DNA of 64,000 nucleotides from Epiperipatus broadwayi (lineage: Eukaryota > Animalia > Onychophora), in contig JAQFVV010000001.1 of the NCBI GenBank assembly GCA_028023455.1, positions 2,976,001 to 3,040,000 on the forward strand, written 5' to 3'. Positions 11,838 to 24,900 of the stretch are shown here, in pieces (the first letter of the stretch is position 1; every line of letters begins with the position of its first letter). The notes below the pieces were generated by a model, which was given only the letters and a program-made list of their open reading frames with translations, ran no database searches and was not told the DNA's origin. Both the position numbers and the translations under genes were made by a program.

Positions 11838-14639
11838 CTATAGACAATGATGATCACACAGTAACACCTTTTCCTGTGGCTTTCTAATGATGAATAAGCA
11901 CTTTCTTTCTTCAAGATCCTTTAACAATTTTTTTTCAGCAATGCAAAAAAAATATTAGTTAAGAACAGCATAAGAATAAAATAAGAATACTATCAGGGGA
12001 TCACCGTCTTTTTTTATATATCCAAAAGGTTGAGTTTATTGTGCAAGTCTTGTTTGCACCTTTCTTTTTTGAATCTTTTTTAGATTTAACTTGTCCACAA
12101 ACTTTATTTTTTTCTTCCATTAATTTTCATATTTTTATTTATTTATGAAGTTCATCTTGGCAATTAGTTTTGATCAGCCATCTTTAATTATAGGGGAACA
12201 AATGTCACACTTCATATTTTCTTTTAATTACAGTTAATTGCATTCCAATTTTATTTTTATCTAAAATAAAATCTGCAAATACACTTTTTTTTTCTTCTTT
12301 TCACCAGGGTAGTTACAAAAAAACAAATAATACCTATTGTTTATTAAATTAAAAAAAATCTAATTTTATATTAAAATTATATTATTCAGTTATGTGTATG
12401 GTAGCTTCTCTAATACCCAAGCAAAAAACACTCAACTTATTTATATATACATATTTAAAAGTAAAATTGATAAAAAGAAAAAAAACTTTTTAAGTAAATA
12501 ATCAATAAATTAACAAGCCCACTTAACACAAATATTATTCTATTTATTTTTGTATAAGTTGTATTCCTCCCCTCCCCCCCTTATTTTTTTTTTCTAATTA
12601 TAGTATAATCTAAGTGATTTTTTTTTTTAAAGGAAGAAAGAATTAGGCAGGAAAGAATATTTATTTCTGAATCAGCTGGAAAATTTTGCATTATTTTTAA
12701 AAATAAATTTATTGAGGGGGGAAGGGGGCTTTTATCTATTTTTGAGGAGGACATCTCTGTAAAAACATATTCTTAATGTATGCCTAGATTGTTTCTGATT
12801 AGTAAATAATATATTCACAATATTTTGTGTATTTTAATTAAATTAAAAAATTATATAAACATTTATCACCATAATGTATTAAAAAATATCTTCTTATATT
12901 GTAGAAAATGTTTCTATCATTATATTTAAATCTCAACTTATTAACTCTTCGTGAAACTGTAATTCTTAAGCACTCATTGACTTCAAGTTCAGATGAAAAA
13001 GTATAAATTAATAAACATAAAACTAATTAATTATACTGAGCATGATATTGCTTAGTAAAGTCATGCAATACAGATAAAGTTATATAATTGATAAGATCGA
13101 CATTTCATCAGCAAAAAGGATTCATGTGTTCCATTGTCCAAAAAATGGAATATCTAATTGGCTTATTTGCATATTGTGCCTCATTTACATATTAAATTAT
13201 ATCAATTATATAAACTTACTTGTACTACATAACTTTATCCAGTACTATGACTCTGGCAGTGTTTTACTAAAAGTTGGCTATATGCAATTAATTAGTTTAT
13301 GTTTTTTAATATATACCTTATCATCTGAACTCAAAGTTCAACAAGTGCTTGACATTGTATTTCTAATATAGGTAGTCTTTTACTTACATAAACTCAGCTT
13401 ATGCAAATCTGAACTTAAACAAATTATTTCTGGTAGTAATTGGAAGTGTGCTCTAACCTTTGGTGAAGTCAGCATTCACATTCCAATGAAGAAAAGAAAA
13501 AATCTAATCAATAAGTTTCATATTTTTCATGTAAAAAAAAAAAGAGTATATAATATGTTTGAAAATATGAACATAAAATAATTTATATAAGAAACAAGTC
13601 TGAAAATAGTATATTGTATTTAGAAATTAAAGAATGATTAATGAATAAATATTTTCAATTTCTTGATATGATATGATTTAAGATCTCTTCATTGCATTCT
13701 TTAATGACCTTTGTAATACTGTCCACTCTTGAAGTTATTAACATACTGAAATTTAATTTTTTTAGGCATTTGCATTTAATTTCATCACTAAAATGTTGTT
13801 TACCTCCATTGTCTTTCATAAAGTAGTTTTTGATGAAAATATAATTTTTCATCAATACTTTCCATTTTCCACAAGGACTGAAATGTTTTTGGTTTTCAAT
13901 TTTTTATGAATTTATTTCTGTAAATCATTTCTTATGGATTATATTTCCTATTTCTTTTCTCAATTGTATAATTTAATTTATTATGGAATTGTATTGACCT
14001 CATTGCTAATTTGATTTCTTCAGGAATGTTTCTTAACAGATTTATTAAAATACTTTTTTGCTCATTGTTTGTTTACTAAATATATTATTTTCATGTTTTC
14101 AAACATATATTATTTTTATTTATTTATTTATTTTTTGCCTTTGATTTTTTATGAAAATTACAAAACATATTAATTAGCTTTTTCTTTGCCACATTGGTAT
14201 ATGGGCACTAGCCCCACTCTTGGATAAAGTATAATCTCAAGTAATATCCAATTGTTAGTACCAGAAAACCCATAGTAAAAAAAAATCAATAGATGCATAT
14301 GTTAATATTTATTGTATATAGCCAAATGTTGATGTACCATGTTGTATCTGATGAGATCTAAGGACAAGTTCCGAATGACACCATCCTATTTAGGCATAAT
14401 AAAAAAAATTAAATTTATCCAACACTAAAATTGATATACTTTTCAATTATTCAAAGTACAATCTCAATGAAGCAATATTGATGAAATGGCTATATTTTTT
14501 AACAATTATCACTTTATTAATTCTCTGAACTAAACAAAAAAAAAAGAATATTGTCTAGTACAAATCTTTTTTTACTTCTAGTGCTATCACCCATTAATTT
14601 CAGTAGAATTCTATTGATATTATTGTGAAAAATGAACTC

Positions 14640-15080
14640 CATGGAATATAATCATGTTACCTCAAAGTGAAGATAACAAATAACTCTGTTCAAATTATAT
14701 TAGAGTAATCAAATAGACAATGAAAGGTCAAGAAGGGTTATGATTGTGAATAATAGGATGCTCTAACATGAAATTGTATTATCTAGCAAACTGTAAAGAT
14801 AAAATATATGTCTAAGTAGAGCCATGGCATTCAATTGTATTAATTATGTAATGAACCATAAAAGTAAAATTCCAGCATCAGTAAGTATTTAATAAGAATC
14901 TATAACATGAAAGTATATTATCTAATAAACTAAGATGGTAGTGTCAGTAAGTGATTAAAAAATGCTATACCATGGAAATGTATTATCTAGGCAAACTGTA
15001 ATGTTAAAAATCCAAGCATAAGTAAATATCTAAGAAAAAGGAAAGACATGGAAACATATTATATAGCCATTATGAAACAA
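14640..15080. repeat. Degenerate minisatellite, about 65-75 bp unit
   Basis: Recurring catgRaa..tattatcta...aaac motif at about 14767, 14906, 14971 and 15047. Confidence 0.4.
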
Positions 15081-15138
15081 AATTTTAAAATTAATACCCA
15101 AACATTATTCAAGTATTTGAAAAGAGACCATTACAGAT

Positions 15139-16538
15139 CAGGGGTGTCCAAGATGTTGACTGCAAGGTCTCTGGAAGTCGACCGCATATTTTTTTTTTTT
15201 GTAAAATTTGCATCTAATTTATTTTAATATAATTCTAAAACAATAATTTTTTTTTTTTTAAATTCAGGACCAGCTTTAGAAAATAATTATTTATAGGTAA
15301 TTTAAAATTGTAATTTAATAAATATTTTATAAAGCAACATAAGTAATTATAATTCAACCTTTTGTCTAATGAATTTTCTTATTGTCCAGATTGAGTAAAA
15401 ATTTGAGTGATTTGATTTGTTAAATACAGATCCAGCCAGTTTCCTTTCTGAAATATAGTAATGTACAATAATCAGAATTCTTTTAATTTAGCTTTTAAAA
15501 ATAGAATTATTTTACATTCAAATTGGTTAAATGTTATGAAAAATTTTAAATAACTGAAAAAAATATAAAAAAAAGCATATGAAAAATAGCCTACAGTAAA
15601 AAAAGGAATTTTTTTTTTTTTCATATGTCAAATGCGTTGACCGGGAAGCGAACCCGGGCCAGCTGCTTGGAAGGCAGCTATGCTAACCACTAGGCCACTA
15701 ACGCTTGACTAAAAAAAAAAAAAAGGAATTATTTTTCAACCAATCATTATGTGAAACTGCCAGTGATTTCTTGTGCCTTAGAAATTATGATAGCTGATTA
15801 TTCACTTCAGTTGTCTTTTCTTCCTCTAAAATTAAATATTTTAAATAAAAATCTAAATCTAGCCACATTATTAGTCAATATAATGTAAAAAGTAATCATA
15901 AAACTCATAAATATTTATGAAAAATAATTAAATTTTGATATGTCACTGACATGCAAATAGCAATCAATGTTATTCACTTGTCTTGAATAGTGGTCCAGTA
16001 CTATTCATTTTTCCTTGATTATTCTTCTTGTAAAATTTAAAATTTTCAAAACAAACTTTATATTTTGGTAAATTAATATAAAAACTTAATTATGAATGTA
16101 AAAAATTATGAGAAATATATTCATTTATGTTCAAAATCTATTATGAAAGCATAAAACATTTTGGTTTCATTTCTGTCTTTGACAGTTAGAAATGCCTAGA
16201 GAACCATGGCCAAAGTTGACAGTAAGTGCTTTGTAGCACTTTATAAGGGAAAAGAGGTGGGACTATATATAATAGACCACAATTAGAAATTGATTTTGTG
16301 TGAAAAATACTGCTAATAGTGGATTTTTTTTGGAATTAAAAGTTAAATACTGATAAAGCTACGAATTTATGATAAAATAAGCATAAAGTAGCAAAAATGT
16401 AACCAAAAATAGCCAATAGATGGCACAAAATTTTTCTGGTTTCCGGTTCGAAATCCTGAAAAAACAACAACATAGTCACCTTCATATACACATTCCCAAA
16501 AAAGTCACCCAAAATGTCTAAAAGTTTAGACTGCCCTG
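15139..16538. mobile_element. Non-autonomous hAT (Charlie/SPIN-like) DNA transposon, decayed
   Basis: Left end caggggtgtccaagat; right end reverse-complements to cagggcagtctaaact (11/16 match). Subterminal gtcgaccgc. The 8-bp TSD is not preserved (ttacagat vs atgtatat). Confidence 0.55.
15633..15704 (-). tRNA. tRNA-Gly-TCC: tRNA-Gly(TCC), probably a retrocopied pseudogene
   Basis: GCGTTAGTGGCCTAGTGGTTAGCATAGCTGCCTTCCAAGCAGCTGGCCCGGGTTCGCTTCCCGGTCAACGCA. Anticodon and T stems are perfect. A58 is changed to C in the T loop, the acceptor stem has an A-C mismatch and the D stem is weak. Confidence 0.9.
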
Positions 16539-19344
16539 ATGTATATCAACTCATTGTACATGTAAATGTTAAAGAAATCTGGATGTAGAAAAAAAAATTT
16601 TTTTAACAAGGTTAAACCCATTATTTTCACATTTTAAAATGCATAAAAGATATAAATGAGAAGTTTTTTTTTTATTGTTAGGATCAGAAAAAATGATGAT
16701 GGGAGTAAAATGTATATGGATTTTGCAAAGATTTATTGAAAAGTGAGTACTAAGATTTGTTGATGTGTGTTTTCAATGTGTTTGATCATCAAAAGTTGAA
16801 ACTCTGTGAATTCAAGTTTGTCACAAAGAGAAGCACAGAATTTATGATTTACAAGGATGCCATTTTTATGTAAATGATTCCCAAACTCAGTTATTTATTA
16901 TGCATATTTTTCTTGCATTAAATAATTAATCTGTGATATATAGCTCTATGGGCATGGTTAGATTTATCATACCATGGCTTACAATTCTTAGGCAGTATTG
17001 ATTAACAGAGAAATCAAGGGTCAACATTTATGAATGCAAAACTGAATAATAATCTGAGAGGATGAAGCATTCATAATCTACAGTCAAAATTTCTGATGAC
17101 ATTACAGGTGATAAGATTTCTAATAATGGAAATGTGTGGCATCTTGTGTACCAGTAAAATAAAAAATACCAATAATACAATAACTTGATGTAAAATATTG
17201 AAAATATAAAGCCACTATCCATAAAGTGATATTACTTTAATATAAAGTATTCAAGTACTTGAACCTATTACCCACATATGGAAGACCAAGTTACTGGACA
17301 GATATCTGATAGCTATAGTTCTAATGAATTGACTTATTAAGATTCAAAAGTTTGAAGTGACATTATTCAAAAATGAAATAAAAAAGGTATTAAGGGAATT
17401 AGCAGCTGAAAAGAAATAAGTAGTTTATTACAAAAAGAAAACAGAAATAGAAATTGCAATCAGTCAAAATGTTAAATCAGATAATACAATAAAATAAAGA
17501 TTTTCATACAACCAACTAGAACGTGTTTCGTATTTTTAGGAGAGGTGATATAATAAAAGTTTTGTATGAATGATTAATTAGTGAAAAGGTAAAATAAAGT
17601 ATAAAATTGATACAAGTGAAAAAAGACATAGAAACTGAAATAACAAAAAAAATCACATTAAATGGGGGGGGGGGGTAGATAAGTGATACATCTTGGAAGT
17701 TATTGCTAACTTGATAAAATAATTCAAGTCATGCAATGTAGTAATTTAAATAAAAACTTTGCTATTTTAACAGAAATATATTATTTATATATAATCATTT
17801 ACATATATGTATTAATATATAAATAAATATTTTAAAAACATTTAAACAGCTATTTGAAATATTATGAATTATTTGAATAGGTTTGAGAAATTTAAATAAA
17901 ATTGGCTTCAATAAATAAGCTGAATGGAAGGTAATTAAAATACTGTAAAGCAATATCTATTAAAACTATTTATGTGATATAAAGCAAAAAAGACTAGTTA
18001 CATTGGATTTTTCATATTAAAACTTTATTGCTTATAAAATTCATAAATATTTCAAATACCGTATTGGGTAAATCAATATACTATTGAAATTAATGCATGG
18101 ATTGAAAACTTGAATAAAGAAAAATATATTTGTTTGTAAGATAAAGAATTTGTTTTTTCTATTTAGTAATTTGTGTAAAAATAGATAGTTTTAAGGTGTG
18201 AGTCAATTTTAAACTTCACTTTTTTTAAACATTATTTAAAGTCAAAAAAAGAAAATGTAATTATAATCAAGTTTTTTTTTTTATTCAATTTATTAATTAA
18301 ATGAGTCATTAACCAAGGTGTGATTGAAAATCAAACACATCTTGCGATAAACAAGTCAATTATTTTTCACATAACAAATAGCATTGTTTTTCAATTCAGT
18401 AAGAGGGCAGAAATATAAAAAGAGATGATACACAATTCTAGTAAGTTCTTTTTATAAAGTTCCAGTCAATCGCGGTATCCGTTACAATTATTTGGAGTTG
18501 CAATTAATTGGAATTTAGTCTATTAGTGATGAAATATAGTTACTAATCATCAATGCTTGAAAGCATCCAATATACATACAGTATATATATTTTCCTCCAA
18601 AAACTATAAAATCACTATTAGAAAAAGTTAATATCAAATTTATTGGTGAAACAAAGCTAAATTAATATTGGATAAAGTTATCATCTTTATTTGTGACTAT
18701 GAGGAAATTTACTTATCTTTATATTTTTCATAAAATGATTTGCTGATTTCAAACTTTAATTAAGTCATAATTGTTATGTGGAAATGTTGCCTCTGATGAA
18801 ATAAAAAAATAGACCCCAAAATGTCATGATTTTCTCACTGTCTCTCTCATAAGATAAATGTGTTCCTGAGTCAATAGCTTGCATATCAACAAAAAAACTG
18901 TGGAAAAATGAGATTTTGCAGAAAATTATACCAGAAATAAAATTAAGCAAAGCTATGGAAATAGAAGTGCAGCAGTAGAAAAGACCAACTTTTTGGACTT
19001 TCAAACTAAAACATTTGACTTAGCAAAGAATAAAGAATATTGTTAAAAATGTGTTTTTTTTTAATTATACCATGAATGTAAAAGAGGAAAAAAGAAATAT
19101 TAAAGGTATTATGAAAAATTATTAAACAATGAAAATAGTTAAGATATTAATTTAAATTATATTATAGTTAGCTAAAATATGTACTAGATGAATTTAATTT
19201 TTATTATCATGCTTAAATAAAAAGATGTCAGTAGAACCTGCCATCTGTTTCATCAGGTATAAGATGTTATATTCATGTGATTGTATGCAATAAATACTAG
19301 AATTTGCATCAGTTGATTTTTTATCATGGATTGTACAGTATTTA

Positions 19345-21950
19345 TATCATCATCATCTTCTTTAACCATTATTATTCTAGTATAGGATGAAAGTCTGTCC
19401 CAAGTTTAATCCAGTTTCTCTAATCTCTGTTCTCATCACATTACTCTTTCTAGATCTTTTACAATCTCTTGGAATCCAGTTTAAAATTTTAACTGTTCAT
19501 ATACTATCATCTTTTTTAACACTATATTCAGCTGAGCTGTGCTTTAGTCTCTTAATTTTTTCATTGATCTCAATATCACCTGTTTGTTCTCTCGGGTATT
19601 TCATTTTAAATCCATTTTTGGTACTCCCAACATACATCTTTTTATATTTCAATGAGTGATCTGAAATCTCTACATTTCTCTTTTATTAAAGGTCCATGTC
19701 TCAGATGCATAAGTAATAACTCGTAAAACACATTTATTTAAAAATAAAACCTTTCTTTTCAAAATTGTAGGCATATTTTCTTTTAATATCAAGTTGTTTA
19801 TATCAAAAACACTCTAGCCAAGATTAATTGTGTGATTAATATCATCCATTATGTTTCCATCTATATTAATAATCTGACTAAGGTATCATAGTTTTTAACT
19901 TCTTCTAATTCATCATTATCAATCTTTATTTTCTTCTTTTGAGAAAATCCATTAAATATTACTTTAATCTAACATTTCCTGAAGCTGTGAAGCAATATTT
20001 GCAAAAGCAATCACATAAGCTGCAAAATCTAGATGACTTAAATAAATTCCACTAATTTTATTCCCTTAGTTTCCCATTTTAATCCACAAAATATTTCTTG
20101 CAACATTGCTATAAAAAGTTTTGGGGGTATGGAATCACTCTGTTATATACCTATGGAATCTAATTATTTCTCCTGCATTTAGATAAATATTCTTCAGAAT
20201 ATAATAATATTCTAAGTTTATATATTGATAATCCAATGCTTCAAATGCCTTTTTATAATCTACAAAGCCAAAGAATAATGATAATTCATATTTATTGGCT
20301 TCTATAAATTCTCTCAATACATAGATGTAATCCCTTGTACTAAAATCACTTTTAAATCCAATTTGTTCTTTTGGTTGGTTAAAGTTCACTGTAGTCAAGG
20401 TGAAATTTTGATATAGCCATTTTTTATGTGTCTCATACTTGTGTCTTTTATTACAAACAGTGGTTGAATATAAACATTCAGAGAGAAAATCTATCGTATT
20501 ATAAAATTCATCTTATGCAAAAAGCTGTACAGTTTATCTTTTCTGTAATTAGAGGACTCTATGCAAAATTTATAATAATGGATACTATATTATTAACAAT
20601 TTTATTATTAATAAAATTTAAAGAGAGATATTTTCCATATAATTTTTCATTTTTTTGCCTAAAACTAATCTTACAGCTAAAGTTTGAACATTCCCCTATG
20701 TTTGTCTTTACTATTGGTAAAATTAAATCATAGTCAAGCAGTCCTTATTTTTTTGATTTCCATTACCCTCTAATTAAATACTTAAATATCCATTTAATTA
20801 GGCATTTTCCATCATTATTAAGGCAAGTCTGCAATGTTTTGTCCCCTTATTCTATTTCTATTTAACTCTCCTATGATCACTAATCAATGTTAATCATTTT
20901 TATTAGTCATTCATTAGACTGGATTTTATTCACTTAATAATATTTCAGGTTTTGGTCATATATTTATGATTACACTCTCCACGAGATATTAAAAGCTGAT
21001 AGAAGCTAGTCCTTATCTTGTGTGAGAATGGTATAGTGGAAATTATATTACAGAAATATTATTAATCATTAATCAATATATATTTTACCTCTTTTTTTTT
21101 TATATCTTTTGCTTCCTTTTCACTACATCTTTTATAATTTTTCTGCCTGTAAATAAATGCTCAGTCCAATTCCACTTTCTCTAAACAATCTCCTCAAAAA
21201 ATATTTTTATCATTTACTTTTTTGATCTTTCCAATTTATACCTTCAATTCTTATTTCACATTTACATTTCTAAAACTTTGATTTTGTTTATCTATTATCT
21301 TTTCTAATTATCATGTTTCTTTTCTATTCCATGTAAAGCAATATCCCAAACAAAACATTTATCAAGGCTTTTTCTTATATTTAACTTAAGTTATTCACAG
21401 AATAACTTCCTGTTCTTATTAAAAGCTTGTTTAACCATTGCAATTCGCATTTTAATTTCTTTATTGTTCTTTTCATCATTAGTTGTTTAACTTCCCAAAT
21501 ATTTAAAAATATTTACTTATTTTATAACTTATGTCTACTACTTACCATAATTTTTTTTCTAAACGACTAATTTTTGTTGGTTTAATTTAACTAGATTTCA
21601 TTTTTATATCAATCTTTCTGTGTATTATTAATGGTTATCTGATTCCTATTTATCAGAAGAAAAAAAATTTGATATTGCTTGAAATGAAAAATCTTCAATC
21701 TTGTATCTAAGTTTTACATATATCAGATGAAGATTAAGATGCTCTTCGTAAATTAATCGTTTTTACAATTAAATCATTTTATAATAAATTTAGAAGTTGT
21801 TTTTTTTTAATTGTATGATACATACACAACCCATTATTAGATTTCATTTATTGTTTTACATCATCTAAAAATAGTCTATAGTTTTGTCTTTTATTATTCC
21901 TACAGTCAAAAAGCAGTTCCAATTTAAGCTTCTTTTGTTCTTTGTCTTAA
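19345..21950 (-). mobile_element. Cluster of decayed RTE-clade LINE fragments
   Basis: ORF 20135-20398 gives QPKEQIGFKSDFSTRDYIYVLREFIE...FVDYKKAFE (RTE RT). A (GAT)n-like tail lies at about 19345 and KEIKMRIAMVKQA at about 21430-21465. Confidence 0.75.
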
Positions 21951-22821
21951 TCCTTTTTTTAAAAAATAGTGTAAATCCTGAATTCCTGTTTATTTTAAGT
22001 AAGCTTTAGAAAAAAGTGAATTCATTTGAATTTTCACATTCATTCATTTCCTTTCAATAATTGTTACCTATATAAAAACTGTTAAAATATAATTAAACTG
22101 CAGGAAATTAACATAAACAAGCCTATTTGATTAATACTGGGATGCGAAAATTAAATGTCAGAAAGTAGTTTTTAGAATTGCCATTAATTAATGTCAGTTT
22201 TTTTAATAAATTTTATCGCAACAAGTTAATGTAGAAAAATGTTTGCACTGTAAAATGTTTTAATAATTTACTTTTAAACGTCTAAATATATTCATTTTAA
22301 CAAGATGCATATATATATGACAATACATCACATGATGCTTTGTTTTGAATTGTTTAATATATGACAATAGCTGTACTCATGTAATGCGCATATAAATGAT
22401 TGGATTAAACATCCTTCTTGATTGCGTAATCCAATATATGGAATTTTAATAAAAATAGTATATATTTAATCCTTATTTCCTTTTAATATTTATAATTTAA
22501 TTATCTGTGTGTATACTGTTCGTTGTCCCCCACTAACTAATGTAATTTTTTTATATAAGTTTTATCACAACAATATTAATAGGTTAATGCGAAAAATATT
22601 TGAAATGTAAAATTTTTAATTAACATAGTTTTAAACTAAGTATATATATATATATGTTGCGTAACTAGAATATATATAAATGCAGCGAAGGCCATAAATA
22701 TACTACGCAACTTTCTTGATTGCATAATCCAGAATATATTTTAATAAATAGATATAGTAAACACCTCCACACTTTTTTCCATTCTTTTCAAATTCATATA
22801 ATAAAGATATAATAAAAGACA

Positions 22822-22880
22822 AATGACCCCTAAGATGCATTTCGTACTGAACCAGAACTCATCAGTTGGCCCAGGTCACT
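22822..22880 (-). ncRNA. Type I hammerhead ribozyme, family B copy 1 (predicted cleavage after AUC at 22834)
   Basis: agtgacc tggg ccaa CTGATGA gttctg gtt cagtac GAAA tgca TC ttag g ggtcatt. Stem III is the palindrome ATGCAT and the outer stem I has 7 bp. Confidence 0.7.
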
Positions 22881-24199
22881 ATCTCTCATATATATCTCTA
22901 TTATATGCAAAGTATTTATCTAGAGTAAATTGTTACATTTTCATTTACCATTGTCAAACTCACTCCACTCACAACTTTGACGCCATCCATTTCAGATAAA
23001 TACACTAATCATTTTCGAAACTAGAGATTATCTCTAGCACAGATATAAACTTTAAACCTCTGTTAAAGATTAATATATCTGATTTTTTAATTTTACACAC
23101 ACGGAGTTATTCATCTTTCTCTGTCCCGTATGTAATATCTTTATATTTTAATAAACATTAAATTACTATTTTATTATTTATACATTTATAATTAAATTGT
23201 TTGTATATATTGTTCATTGTATATATTTATTTTACGTATTATTCATTGATTGTATATGATTTAGGTAACCTTTTTTCAATTTTTAAAATTACTTTGCTCT
23301 TGGTGAAATATTATCAAATACTAAACATTCCTATTGGTATAATATTTGTAGAAAAGTTACATATTTTATAGTTAACAAAGACAATTATTTATGATATAAA
23401 GTGCTTTCATTAAAAAAATTAAGTTAATTTAAATTAAAAATTAAAAATAATTTAATTATTTAATTTTCATTTAACTTATTAAAATCTAAGTATGAATACA
23501 AATCAAGTATTATAACAAATATACTTTTGTTTTCAGCATTTTTATTTCAACAAAAGTATCGGATGATTAGCTGTACTTTCATTAAAATTATTTTCTATAA
23601 TTATAATTTATGAACATTGATGAGTGGATAATTTGAAGTATTCTCTAGAGATCCAAATAACTAATATTACTTTTAACATAATCTTTATTAATGAAGTATG
23701 TTGTTACATACTTTATATTAGTTTAGATGTTATAGTACTTATTACATATATACATATTATACTTTAGTTTGTATTAAGGCAATTAATATTGCATATCTAT
23801 ATATATGTTATTTATATCAGATTCAAAGATAATTATATACAAGTAGTTGGAAAATAATTAGGATATGAGCTATGCTGTTAAATTTAAACTGTTTTTATGG
23901 GTTAGTATTTGATTGGGTGGCTGATTAATTATATATCAATTTTCAATTGAGGAAACTATATGATTAATGAAAGATGTTGGGCATGAAAGCAAAGTTCATA
24001 TCCTAATTTTAATGACCAGTAATTACAGTGATGTAGGTAAGAGTATTAAGCTCTATGTGGTTGTATATATATCTGAGTGTGCAGGGGTTTAATATCTTAT
24101 TTTAATTTATTTTAGTGTAGAAACGTGATAGCAGTTTTTTTTTTTATGTTAAGAAAAGTTGCAAATAAGGAACCAAAGAGTGAATAGAATAAAAATAGT

Positions 24200-24900
24200 T
24201 GCTCTAATTTTTGGAAAAAATCCTCTCCACATGCTATTGATAAACATTATGAATGAGGCTGATTGGGAGTTCAATGAATTTGAAGTAATGGGAATTTAAA
24301 GAGAAAATATTGGATAGTTTCTTCCTCTTTGTCTCAGAATGGACAAATTGAGTCTGTATTGGCAGAAAACGTTTTTTAGCTAAGAATCTACAGGTTGGTA
24401 ATGCTTTCAAATTAATCTTGATAAGGAAATCAAAATATTTGTACTTAAAGTAGCAGAATTTTTAATTTTTGGATAATCTATTTATTTGAGCAATTAAGAA
24501 GAGATTGGAGTGTTAATAATGGTCAGTTTGGACTTTAGTGTGCAAGCTTCCATAATTTATTTTAGTTGATAGAGTGTGTTGCTTGAAGATGGAGTATGTG
24601 ACAAAGATATTGAGGTCTTTGAAAAAGGTATTTTGAACTGATGATGGTGTATTTGTTGCAGTGGTGCAACTGAATTTCTGAGAGGCATAGAACAGGGTGA
24701 GAAATTTGACTTACATTTGCTGTTCTTTGAAGGTGAATTATAGGGATAGAATGGAATGAGAGTCCACTGTTAATGGCATGTTTTTGAATGGTTCTAATAC
24801 TCATTGCCACAACCTTTTCCCACATATCAGTTTTCCATAAGAGTTTCTTTCTTTTTGAAAGAGATCATTATCATTGAAGGATAAAGTATACAGCAATTCA
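24200..24900 (-). mobile_element. Decayed LINE RT C-terminal fragment, clade uncertain
   Basis: ORF 24562-24825 and adjacent frames resemble GL.F...K...I.F....L.L.....KYL post-YADD segments. Confidence 0.4.

Noticed and set aside
13585-13605. GAAACAAGTC resembling a hammerhead 3' half
   Set aside because: No upstream CUGANGA-like core or stem II.
14348-14380. CTGATGA followed by a small hairpin and GAAT
   Set aside because: There is no GAAA, stem III or stem I, so it does not fold as a hammerhead.
18854-18978. Possible plus-strand terminal exon (KCVPESIACISTKKLWKNEILQK...) after a good pyrimidine tract
   Set aside because: No recognisable homology and no linked exons; cannot be supported from the sequence alone.
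22130-22740. CpG-containing segment with short inverted motifs (gttgcgta/tacgcaac) suggesting a MITE
   Set aside because: Could not define terminal repeats or a TSD.
23005-23060. Minus-strand ctgtg-ctagag-ataat-ctctag-tttc-gaaa at the position expected for a second family B ribozyme
   Set aside because: The core and stem III are too degenerate to call.
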